This document shows, piece by piece, positions 9,026 to 16,729 of a DNA stretch of 64,000 nt; within the stretch, counting starts at the first letter, position 1, and every line of letters starts with the position of its first letter. This DNA comes from Actinomycetes bacterium (GTDB taxonomy: Bacteria; Actinomycetota; CADDZG01; JAHWKV01), in contig JAJCYE010000071.1 in the NCBI GenBank assembly GCA_029263075.1, forward strand, positions 11,014 to 75,013, in the 5' to 3' direction. A program made the position numbers and the translations under genes. Below the pieces are notes generated by a model that was not told the origin of the DNA, made no database searches, and was given only the letters and a program-made list of their open reading frames with translations.

Positions 9026-9694
9026 TTAGCAGTCGTTGTCGGTGTCAGCGTCTGCGCATGCTTCGCCGGAGTTGCCGGAGTCGCCGCTGGTGCCGGAGTC
9101 GCCACCGTCACCGGCGATGCCGGAGTCGCCACCGACGCCACCTTCGCCACCGTCACCGGTGTCAGCGTCGCCGCCGTTACCTTCGCCGCCTTCGCCGCCG
9201 GTGCCGTTGCCGCCATTGCCGCCGTTGCAGCCTTCGCCGTTGTCGCCGCCACTGCCGTCACATGCACCTGCGCCGCCGTCGCCGCCGGCTCCGCCGCCGC
9301 CGTTGCCGCCGCCGGTGGTTGCACCTGCGTAAGCGCCGCTGCCGCCGGCTGCTCCGCCGCCGCCACCTGCGCCGCCGTTGCCGCCACCTGCGCCGCCGTC
9401 GCCGGCTGCGCCTGCGCCGCCGCCGCCGCCGTCGCCGCTACCGCCGAGGGCTGCCGCGCTGGCGCCACCTGCGCCACCTGCGCCACCTGCGCCGGATGCG
9501 CCACCTGCGCCTGCGTCGCCGGTTGCGCCGGTTTCGCCGGTGTCACCGGTGGTGAGGTCGAATTCCTGCGAGCACTCAGCGCTGTCCGGGCCGAGGCCGG
9601 AGACGTCACAGTCGTTCTCTGCTGCTGCGGTCGGAACCAGAAGTGCGGCCGCGAGGGCCAGCATCATCAGGGTTCCCATGAGCTTCTTGATCAT
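9026..9694 (-). CDS. secreted acidic Gly-rich repeat protein, paralog 4
   Basis: Start taken at the internal Met (MIKKLMGTLMMLALAAALLVPTAAAENDCDVSG...) with AGGAGG RBS. The 341-aa track ORF has a non-homologous basic 5' extension and is rejected. Length then matches the other paralogs at 669 nt. Confidence 0.8.
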   Translation of the reverse strand: MIKKLMGTLMMLALAAALLVPTAAAENDCDVSGLGPDSAECSQEFDLTTGDTGETGATGDAGAGGASGAGGAGGAGGASAAALGGSGDGGGGGAGAAGDGGAGGGNGGAGGGGGAAGGSGAYAGATTGGGNGGGGAGGDGGAGACDGSGGDNGEGCNGGNGGNGTGGEGGEGNGGDADTGDGGEGGVGGDSGIAGDGGDSGTSGDSGNSGEACADADTDNDC

Positions 9695-10033
9695 TCTGTA
9701 TTTCCTCCTGTGTGTTCTTTTTGTTGCAATCGTTCCGTGGACCTTGCCGCCACGAAGAACGAAACCGTGAAAATTTGCGAACTGTTTGCGATGCCCGTGG
9801 GCGGTTCGATGTGCCGCCGGGTTGGTCTTTCGACCCTTTGAGATGACGACAACCATGCCCACACTAGCTGGCCGGTAGATGTTACCCCGTCGCTTGTTCG
9901 TGTTCAAGCAATTGTTGGGACCTCTAAAATGCTGCCCCCGAAGAAGCGGTGTCCTGCATGCGGTAGGCAGCCCGTGGCGCCGAGTTAGACTCAAGGGGCC
10001 CTTAATAAGCCGGGACTTGCGTCGGAGGATGAG

Positions 10034-10570
10034 TTGTCGGAGAAGCAGCAACGTCGTGATGACAGGATTCTGGACGCTGAGATCCTCAACAATGTCCAGA
10101 CGGTGCCAACCGGGGATCTGCGCACGCGGCGGGATGAGTGCCGTGAGTTGGAGTCGGAGTTTTCGTATGCCCGCCGTCTGCTCCAGGGCAAAATCGATAT
10201 TCTCGGTTCCGAGTTGAAGCGCCGTTCCGAGGGCGGTGATGTCGGCATGGGTGACCTGGTCGGCCGGCTTCCTTCAATACTGGCCGATGAACCCAGGACC
10301 GGCGGAGCGACCCGCCTGTTGGAATCGGATCTTCCCGCCAACGCCGGCAAGTACCGCCGGTACACGGAGCGGTTGGCTACCGGTCTTGCGCACATAGAGA
10401 CCTCTACGCCCGAAGAGCTGACCGCGATGGTGGAGGAGTTGGCGACCGAAGAGCGGAAGGTTTCTGAAGACCGCAGGCGCGCCCAGAAGATCATTGATGG
10501 GCTCAACGCAGAGTTGGTCCGGCGATATCAAAAGGGTGACGAGGATCCTTCGAGCCTCCTCGGCAACTGA
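10034..10570 (+). CDS. hypothetical cytoplasmic protein, likely coiled-coil
   Basis: 178-aa ORF. TTG start 5 nt after GGAGG. No recognised domain. Confidence 0.5.
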   Translation: MSEKQQRRDDRILDAEILNNVQTVPTGDLRTRRDECRELESEFSYARRLLQGKIDILGSELKRRSEGGDVGMGDLVGRLPSILADEPRTGGATRLLESDLPANAGKYRRYTERLATGLAHIETSTPEELTAMVEELATEERKVSEDRRRAQKIIDGLNAELVRRYQKGDEDPSSLLGN

Positions 10571-11354
10571 TCCGGTGGACCCCTCAGGCACTTCCGAGGT
10601 GAACGATGCGGACGGTCGGGTCTCCCCCGAGGAGATGGATTCCGATACCGACTACCGGGCAGAACTTGAACGCACCCGATCTCAACTGCTTGTCTTCGCT
10701 CGGGACATGAGCGCGGTCTACCAGCGCAAGCGTGAGCATGAACTAAAGCTGGGCGCCCTCCTGGAGGAGTTGAGAACCGACTATCTGTCGATCGTCGAGA
10801 CGCTGGCGCTGGTGGTCGAGGCCAAGGATCAGTACACCGCGAACCACCTTGAGCGGTGCAAGCGTTACGGCATCGCTCTGACCAGCCGCATCGACGAGTC
10901 GATGATCACCCCGCAGTTGCAGTACGGGTTCTTGCTCCACGACGTCGGCAAGATCGGTATCCCGGAAGGAATCCTGATGAAACCGGGACCGCTGACCGAC
11001 GAGGAGATGACGGTGATGAGAACCCATCCGCTGATCGGGGTGCAGATCGTGGCTCCGATGCGCCGGGTCCTCGATGAGGTCACGGTAGAGGTCATCCGGC
11101 ATCACCATGAGAGGTTCGACGGCAACGGCTACCCCGATGGACTAAAAGGCGAGGACATCCCGTTGTCGGCACGGATCTTCAGCATTGTGGACAGCTTCGA
11201 TGCCATGACCAGCGACCGGCCCTATCGCAAAGCCCTCGCCCTGGATGAGGCGTTAACCCGCCTGAGGGCCGAAGCCGGCAAACAATTCGATCCCGAGGTT
11301 GTCGCAGAATTCGAACAGCTCATGCAAAGCATCCAGTCCCCGGAGGATTGGTAG
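10494..11354 (+). CDS. HD-GYP domain phosphohydrolase (putative c-di-GMP phosphodiesterase); start uncertain
   Basis: HDVGKIGIPE ... HHERFDGNGYPDGL motifs. Track ORF overlaps the upstream gene by 77 nt. Alternative in-frame starts are GTG 10599 and ATG 10635. Confidence 0.75.
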   Translation: MMGSTQSWSGDIKRVTRILRASSATDPVDPSGTSEVNDADGRVSPEEMDSDTDYRAELERTRSQLLVFARDMSAVYQRKREHELKLGALLEELRTDYLSIVETLALVVEAKDQYTANHLERCKRYGIALTSRIDESMITPQLQYGFLLHDVGKIGIPEGILMKPGPLTDEEMTVMRTHPLIGVQIVAPMRRVLDEVTVEVIRHHHERFDGNGYPDGLKGEDIPLSARIFSIVDSFDAMTSDRPYRKALALDEALTRLRAEAGKQFDPEVVAEFEQLMQSIQSPEDW

Positions 11355-11420
11355 CCGCCCTAAGTCCGCTGGGATCGCCGGTGACCCGGGGTATCGCTGG
11401 AGTTCTGCTAGCGTCGCCGT

Positions 11421-12434
11421 GTGGAAATAACAGCGCATCCTATCGATGAATCATTCGGCCTCCCCGCCTGGGAACAGCTTTTAAGGGCCGATCCCAACCG
11501 GCACATCTTTTCGACCCCCGAGTGGAACCGGCTGTGGTGGGAGCGCTTCGGCAGGGGGCATCAGGAGGGCTTGGTCCTCACCTTCCAAGACCCCGAACCG
11601 GTAGCTATTGCCGCCTTGACGATCGACCGAACCGAACGCGGGCGGAGGGTCCGGTTCTTGGGGGGGGACGACCTGACGGACTACCAAGGTCCCCTCATTG
11701 TCTCGGAGCATTACCGCCCTGCGGTAGCCGAGGCCTTCCTTAAATACCTGTTCACCGAGTTCGCCGAATGGGACTACCTGGAGGCCAAGGGCCTGCCCGT
11801 ACCATTCCACTTCTCCGAGTGGCTGGTTGAGGCGGCCGACCGGATGGGACTTGAATTCGAACTGGAGCTGCACGAGTTGACGGCGGTCCTGATGCTGCCG
11901 GATACCTGGGAGAAGTACCTGATTGGTCTCGGGAAAAAAAGACGTCATGAACTTGAGCGAAAGACGCGGCGGTTCGAACGGGAGGCGCCCGGCGCCGTAC
12001 TGCGCACCGCCGGCGATCAAAGTCTTGAGGCGGACATCGAATCTTTTATCCGCATGCATAAGACCAGCGCCGGCGAGAAGGGGGAGTTCATGCTCCCGGC
12101 GCGGGAGGCGTTCTTCAGGGATGTCGCCCGCACCATGCAGGAGAAAGGCATGCTCTCCCTGGACTTTCTGGAGGTCCAGGGAAAGGCGCTGGCCGCCACC
12201 ATCTCCTTTCGCTACGACGGCGTCCTCTACCTGTACAACTCCGCTTACGACCTGGAGTTGAGGTCCATTTCACCCGGACTGATCCTGGTCTCCCGCATGA
12301 TCGCCCGATCCATTGAGGAGGGGGCCCGGCGTTTTGACTTTTTGAGGGGGCGGGAGCGGTACAAGTACGACCTCGGCGCAGAGGCGATGCCGCTCCACTC
12401 GATCCTGATGCGGCACCCGCCCGGGTCGCATTAG
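11421..12434 (+). CDS. FemAB/CelD-like GNAT acetyltransferase family protein (Acetyltransf_6-like)
   Basis: 337 aa. C-terminal half (ATISFRYDGVLYLYNSAYDLELRSISPGLIL...RFDFLRGRERYKYDLGA) is typical of the BioF2/FemAB-like GNAT fold. Confidence 0.55.
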   Translation: MEITAHPIDESFGLPAWEQLLRADPNRHIFSTPEWNRLWWERFGRGHQEGLVLTFQDPEPVAIAALTIDRTERGRRVRFLGGDDLTDYQGPLIVSEHYRPAVAEAFLKYLFTEFAEWDYLEAKGLPVPFHFSEWLVEAADRMGLEFELELHELTAVLMLPDTWEKYLIGLGKKRRHELERKTRRFEREAPGAVLRTAGDQSLEADIESFIRMHKTSAGEKGEFMLPAREAFFRDVARTMQEKGMLSLDFLEVQGKALAATISFRYDGVLYLYNSAYDLELRSISPGLILVSRMIARSIEEGARRFDFLRGRERYKYDLGAEAMPLHSILMRHPPGSH

Positions 12435-12595
12435 GAAGGGCAATTGGGCGCCTCCGGATCAATAAGTGCAGGGTTCGGCTACCATTTTCCTAGTAGGTAA
12501 GTAGCGTGTAGTGATGAGCCCCGGACCCGAAGGGCCTTTTATTGGCCGTTAGAGATTTCCCTTCAGCTGCCCAAAATCTGCCGCCCGTTCGCCGG

Positions 12596-13888
12596 GTGGC
12601 AATGCTTGTCGTTCACTCCAATCCCCTGGCCGAGCCCGGCTCGGGCGATGCCGGCGGCATGACCGTCTACGTTCGGCAGATGGCGGCGAGCCTCGCACAG
12701 CGCGGCATCAAAGTCGATATCTTCACCCGCCGCGACGATGCGGCAACCCCAACGGAGATGACCCTGCGGCCCGATGTTCGGGTGATACAGGTTGTTGCAG
12801 GTTCACCGGAGCTTTCCAAAGAGCAAATCCCCGCCTACCTACCCGAGTTCAGCGCCAACCTGCTCAAGATGGTGGAAGACTCCGGCGTCACCTACGACGT
12901 CGTCCACAGCCATTACTGGTTGTCGGGGAAGGTGGCCGCCATCGTCAGTGCCCGATGGAAGGTGCCGTTCGTCCACACATTCCACACCCTGGGCCGCGAG
13001 AAGAATCGGGCTCGCCGCCCCGGCGATTCACCGGAGCCGGAATTTCGTTTGGACGGGGAGGCGCGGGTGATCGCCGACGCCTGCGCGATTGTCGCCAGTA
13101 CGGTTGAGGAGCGACGGGCCCTCATCGAACTCTATGCCGCCCACCCGGAACGGATTCACCTGATTCCTCCCGGCGTCGACCACTCGACCTTTCGCCCGCA
13201 GGACCGGGAAGCGGCGAAACAGGCGCTGGGCCTCGATGGGAAGAAGGTCATGATTTTCGTCGGCCGGCTTCAACCCCTGAAGGCCGCCGATATTGCCATT
13301 GAAGCGCTGGGGCACCTGGTTCGCTGGGGCCGGGTCAACCTGGACGAGATCCGTCTGCTAATAGTCGGTGGCGCGAGTGGGACGTCTGGTGCATCGGAGA
13401 CCGGGCGGCTGGGCGATCTGGTTGAACGTTTAGGGCTAAAGGAAGCGGTTCAGTTCGTCCCCGCTCAACCCCACCACCGCCTACCTGCGTTTTATCAGGC
13501 GGCCGATGTTTGCCTGGTTCCCTCTTACACCGAGTCCTTCGGCCTGGTGGCACTGGAAGCCCAGGCGTCGGGAGTTCCGGTCGTTGGATCCGCAGTCGGG
13601 GGGCTCAAAGCCATCGTGAAGCACGGACAGACGGGCTTCCTCGTCTTGCCCGGAGCGTCGGAAAGTTTTGCCGAGAGGGCCTGGATGGTGCTTTCCGACA
13701 GCAGGCTTGCAGCCGGCATGGGCCGGTTGGCAGTGTGTTCTTCGGGAGATTTTGCGTGGGATCGGTCGGCCGGCGAGTTGCACGATCTATACACCGCCGG
13801 GGTACGCAGCAACGACTGCTCACCCTCCTCGATGTGGAGTGGGAATAAACCTTTCGGGTCGCGAACAATTGTCCTGAAGCGGCCTTGA
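12596..13888 (+). CDS. mshA: D-inositol-3-phosphate glycosyltransferase (mycothiol biosynthesis), GT4 family
   Basis: VAMLVVHSNPLAEPGSGDAGGMTVYVRQMAASLAQRGIKVDIFTRR ... HSHYWLSG ... FGLVALEAQASGVPVV closely parallels MshA. Start set at GTG 12596; track ORF starts at 12542. Confidence 0.8.
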   Translation: MAMLVVHSNPLAEPGSGDAGGMTVYVRQMAASLAQRGIKVDIFTRRDDAATPTEMTLRPDVRVIQVVAGSPELSKEQIPAYLPEFSANLLKMVEDSGVTYDVVHSHYWLSGKVAAIVSARWKVPFVHTFHTLGREKNRARRPGDSPEPEFRLDGEARVIADACAIVASTVEERRALIELYAAHPERIHLIPPGVDHSTFRPQDREAAKQALGLDGKKVMIFVGRLQPLKAADIAIEALGHLVRWGRVNLDEIRLLIVGGASGTSGASETGRLGDLVERLGLKEAVQFVPAQPHHRLPAFYQAADVCLVPSYTESFGLVALEAQASGVPVVGSAVGGLKAIVKHGQTGFLVLPGASESFAERAWMVLSDSRLAAGMGRLAVCSSGDFAWDRSAGELHDLYTAGVRSNDCSPSSMWSGNKPFGSRTIVLKRP

Positions 13889-14240
13889 CGCCCCCGCCGG
13901 GACTTGGGTAGCTTGTTCGAGTCGCACGCGGTCCGGTAGATCTCCGACAGCGAGCGGTTCCGAAGAGGGCAGAGCGAATCCTCGCTGGTCTTCCGTCTTT
14001 GAAGGTTTTGGCCTGCATCGGCGTGGATTTGGGCGGGAAGGCACTGAGTCGTCGGAGTCGTGGTTGTCCGGCTCATCCGGTCGGTTTGTGACAACGCAGG
14101 GCCCAAGATGCCGTAGGTAGCGTAGAGCTGTGTTCGGGGAAGTGCGCAGCGAGCGTGACCAAAGGTACCTTGGGCTCTGCTTTATTTTTGCCCGCCCGTG
14201 AATGTCTCGTGCCCCGCCCGGCATCTGGGATACTGCCCGA

Positions 14241-15059
14241 ATGAACAGCGTCGCCGCGGTAGCGGTAATTGGGTCGGGCAAGATGGGCGAGATCCTTGCC
14301 GCAGGCATGGTTCGTGCCGGGGCATTTCGAGCAGATCAAATCTTCGTCACCGATGCCAGTGAGCAACGGGTAGCCGAGGTTGTGGACCGCCACGGGTTCC
14401 GGTCCCCCGGAGGGAACCTGGCGGCGGTAGGAGCGGCCGGAATTGTACTGCTGGCCGTGAAACCAAAAGATGTGGCCCAGGTGTTGGAGGAGATCGGCCC
14501 TGGACTGGGCGACGGCCACCTGGTGATCTCCATTGCCGCCGGTATAACGACGGCGTTTATCGAGCAGGGGCTGCCTCAGGGAGCGGTGGTGCGGGCAATG
14601 CCGAACGCCGCTTCCCAGGTGGGTGAGGGGATGACGGCTATCTGTGCTGGAAGCCGGGCCACAATCGAGCAACTTGAGACCGCCCGGGTCATTTTGCAGG
14701 GCGTGGGCCCGGTGATTGTGATCGAGGAGTCCTACATCGACGCAGTGACTGCGGTTTCCGGTTCCGGGCCGGCTTACTTTGCGCTTTTTGCCGAGGCAAT
14801 GATTGATGCCGGAGTAACTGTCGGACTGCCACGGTCGGTGTCGGAACAGTTGGTGGCGCAGACAATGCGGGGGACCGCAGCCCTGGTGACCGACGGCGGT
14901 ATGCAGCCGGTTGAGGTCCGCTCGGCCGTTACATCCCCCGGCGGGACCACCGCGATGGCGGTGGGGGAGTTGGAGCGCGCCGGGGTGCGGGCGGCGGTAC
15001 TGAACGCCGTCCAGGCGGCGTTCGACCGCTCACGGGTCCTGCGGGGACCTTCAAGTTGA
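14241..15059 (+). CDS. proC: pyrroline-5-carboxylate reductase
   Basis: MNSVAAVAVIGSGKMGE Rossmann N-terminus, and a C-terminal SPGGTTAMAV motif. Confidence 0.9.
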   Translation: MNSVAAVAVIGSGKMGEILAAGMVRAGAFRADQIFVTDASEQRVAEVVDRHGFRSPGGNLAAVGAAGIVLLAVKPKDVAQVLEEIGPGLGDGHLVISIAAGITTAFIEQGLPQGAVVRAMPNAASQVGEGMTAICAGSRATIEQLETARVILQGVGPVIVIEESYIDAVTAVSGSGPAYFALFAEAMIDAGVTVGLPRSVSEQLVAQTMRGTAALVTDGGMQPVEVRSAVTSPGGTTAMAVGELERAGVRAAVLNAVQAAFDRSRVLRGPSS

Positions 15060-15066
15060 CCCGGCG

Positions 15067-15174
15067 CTAGGCGGATCCGCCAGCTTTCTTAGCGGCCTTC
15101 TTGGCCTTCTTGGCCGCCTGAGCCGCATCGTTTTTCGGGCGCTTCTTCTCTTTGGGTGCGGGTTGTTTGGCCAC
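15067..15174 (-). CDS. candidate small Lys/Ala-rich basic protein (35 aa), antisense between proC and the HTH gene
   Basis: GTG start 4 nt after AGGGAGG. Product VAKQPAPKEKKRPKNDAAQAAKKAKKAAKKAGGSA resembles a histone-like AKKA tail. Confidence 0.3.
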   Translation of the reverse strand: MAKQPAPKEKKRPKNDAAQAAKKAKKAAKKAGGSA

Positions 15175-15317
15175 GTTGCCTCCCTTTGATCAAGTGGCCG
15201 CCTGGCGCTTGTAACGGGCAAAAAACAGGCGAGCCACGCTGGTGCCATCTCGCATCGAAATGGTGCAGTTGCCGAGTGAGGGATCATACCTCGCCAGATG
15301 TCGAGGGTTGCCCTATG

Positions 15318-15343
15318 TTGCCCAGTGGGGCGGCATGTATACT
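15318..15343 (+). promoter_or_regulatory. putative sigma-70-like promoter (-35 TTGCCC, 14-nt spacer, -10 TATACT) for the HTH gene
   Basis: TATACT hexamer about 22 nt upstream of RBS AAGAGGG. Spacer is shorter than optimal. Confidence 0.3.
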
Positions 15344-15365
15344 CCCAAAAAAAGAGGGTGAGCGA

Positions 15366-15560
15366 ATGGCTCGTGAAAAGCAGGGTTTCCAGTTTCTGAC
15401 GGTCAGCGAGGTGGCTACGCTGATGCGTGTTTCGAACATGACCGTTTACCGGCTCATCAAATCCGGTTCCTTGAAAGCGGTGCAGGTCGGCAATCGCTAC
15501 CGGGTAAAAGAGTCGGATGTTCACCAGTACCTGGACGATCACTACGTCAGGGCGGTCTAG
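15366..15560 (+). CDS. excisionase/MerR-like HTH DNA-binding protein (Rv0500A-like)
   Basis: MAREKQGFQFLTVSEVATLMRVSNMTVYRLIKSGSLKAVQVGNRYRVKESDVHQYL. RBS AAGAGGG. Conserved position between proC and bS22. Confidence 0.75.
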   Translation: MAREKQGFQFLTVSEVATLMRVSNMTVYRLIKSGSLKAVQVGNRYRVKESDVHQYLDDHYVRAV

Positions 15561-15679
15561 GCAGCAGCTGTTGTTCTGACGGTTCCCGGACGGTTGCCCA
15601 TCGGGTCGCATCCGGCAATCGGTTCAGCTGTCGTCTTGAGTGGTGACGGCGCGCCGGCGAATACGTCAAAGGATGCCTT

Positions 15680-16576
15680 GTGGCGCGTGTCTCTCAAACC
15701 GAACTAATAGAGCGACTAGTCGAGTCCTGCCGCACGATCGTTCTCGTCGGTGGGATCGACTCCGGTAAAACCGGCTTCGGCCTCAACCTTGCGGAGGCCG
15801 CCCGGCGCAAGGGCATCTCGGTCGCCTATGTGGACTCGGACCTCGATCAGTCCACCGTCGGACCCCCAGCCTGTGTCGGGCTGAAGTTCTGCACCGACCT
15901 ACCCGTGGTCGATGCCAAAAACGTCCGGGACGCGGATGAACTCGGGTTCGTCGGATCCTGCAGCGCGGAACAGAACCTGGTCGGGCTAGTGGCGGCCACT
16001 GCTCGATTGGTGTCGCACGCCCGGGAAGCCGGGTGCCGGTTGGTGATCGTCGACACCAGCACGCTGATTTCCGGTCCCGAGGCCGAGCTGCTGAAGTTTC
16101 ACAAGATGGATTTGCTCCGGCCCGACCACGTCGTTGGATTTCAAAGGGGCGAGGAGCTCGGCCCGATCCTCGGCGTTCTCAGCCGGTTCTTCTCGGTGGA
16201 GGTCACGGCGCTGAAGATAGACGGAGAGATAGCGGAGAGGTCGGTGGAGGAGCGCCTCGCCGCCCGCGAGACGTCGCTCGCTTCCTACTTCCAGCCGCCG
16301 CTGAACCGGTGGAGGGTCAAACGTACGGTGTTCATGCCCACCCTTTCGCCCGGCATAGATGCAGCGCGCCTGGACGGGCTTTTGGTGGGCCTGGAAGACG
16401 GGACCGGAAGGTGCCGCGGCATCGGCCTGCTTGAGTACCAAGCGGAGGGCGATGTGCTTCGGATGGTATCGTCAATAGGCACCGGTGCAAGGGGCCTAAG
16501 GCTTGGGTCTATCCGGCTCAACGTTGAAGGCAGAACCATCGGCCGGTTTCTTGCGCAGGAGATTTTTAGCGGTTAG
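15680..16576 (+). CDS. P-loop NTPase, Clp1/Grc3-like polynucleotide kinase family (tentative)
   Basis: Walker A VLVGGIDSGKTGFGLNLA. Walker B-like LVIVDTS. Overall Clp1_P-like layout. Confidence 0.5.
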   Translation: MARVSQTELIERLVESCRTIVLVGGIDSGKTGFGLNLAEAARRKGISVAYVDSDLDQSTVGPPACVGLKFCTDLPVVDAKNVRDADELGFVGSCSAEQNLVGLVAATARLVSHAREAGCRLVIVDTSTLISGPEAELLKFHKMDLLRPDHVVGFQRGEELGPILGVLSRFFSVEVTALKIDGEIAERSVEERLAARETSLASYFQPPLNRWRVKRTVFMPTLSPGIDAARLDGLLVGLEDGTGRCRGIGLLEYQAEGDVLRMVSSIGTGARGLRLGSIRLNVEGRTIGRFLAQEIFSG

Positions 16577-16615
16577 TCCGGTTTAGGCCGAAATTCTTTA
16601 GGAGAAGGGCTCGAT

Positions 16616-16717
16616 TTGTCATCCGTCGTGAAGAAGCGCAGGAAGAAGATGCGCAAGAAGAAGCACAAGAAGATGTTGAAGCGGACCCGCTGGCAGCGCC
16701 GGCAGCAGGGTAAATAG
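16616..16717 (+). CDS. 30S ribosomal protein bS22 (Rv0500B-like, 33 aa)
   Basis: TTG start. Product (M)SSVVKKRRKKMRKKKHKKMLKRTRWQRRQQGK matches the actinobacterial bS22 pattern ([33 protein letters not shown]). Confidence 0.8.
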   Translation: MSSVVKKRRKKMRKKKHKKMLKRTRWQRRQQGK

Positions 16718-16729
16718 CCCTTCCGCCGG

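Larger units (their letters stand above)
6215..9694 (-). repeat. tandem array of four paralogous transcription units of about 0.92-0.98 kb, each a 669-nt gene with its own terminator
   Basis: Four ORFs of identical length (669 nt) with about 80-90 percent identical products. (GGC/GCC)n-rich DNA. Flanks diverge. Confidence 0.9.

Noticed and set aside
6225-9770. Plus-strand Pro-rich ORFs (e.g. 6225..6521, 7138..7434, 8116..8409, 9036..9332) and Arg-rich ORFs (6508..6750, 7364..7663, 8072..8398, 8830..9555) inside the Gly-rich paralog array
   Set aside because: These are frame-shadow artefacts of (GGC/GCC)n DNA. They have no RBS or signal, and they overlap minus-strand genes that carry signal peptides, RBSs and terminators.
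9026-10051. 341-aa extended version of paralog 4
   Set aside because: The N-terminal 119 aa are basic junk with no homology to the other copies. The internal Met with AGGAGG gives a product identical in length (222 aa) to paralogs 1-3.
13889-14240. 350-nt gap between mshA and proC, with overlapping minus-strand ORFs (13525..14106, 13820..14308, 14073..14672)
   Set aside because: The ORFs have no features and are low-complexity. No recognisable ncRNA structure could be established by eye, so it is left unannotated.
15051-15611. 186-aa minus-strand ORF overlapping the HTH gene and promoter region
   Set aside because: It is antisense to the well-supported Rv0500A-like gene and has an Arg/Pro-rich low-complexity product.
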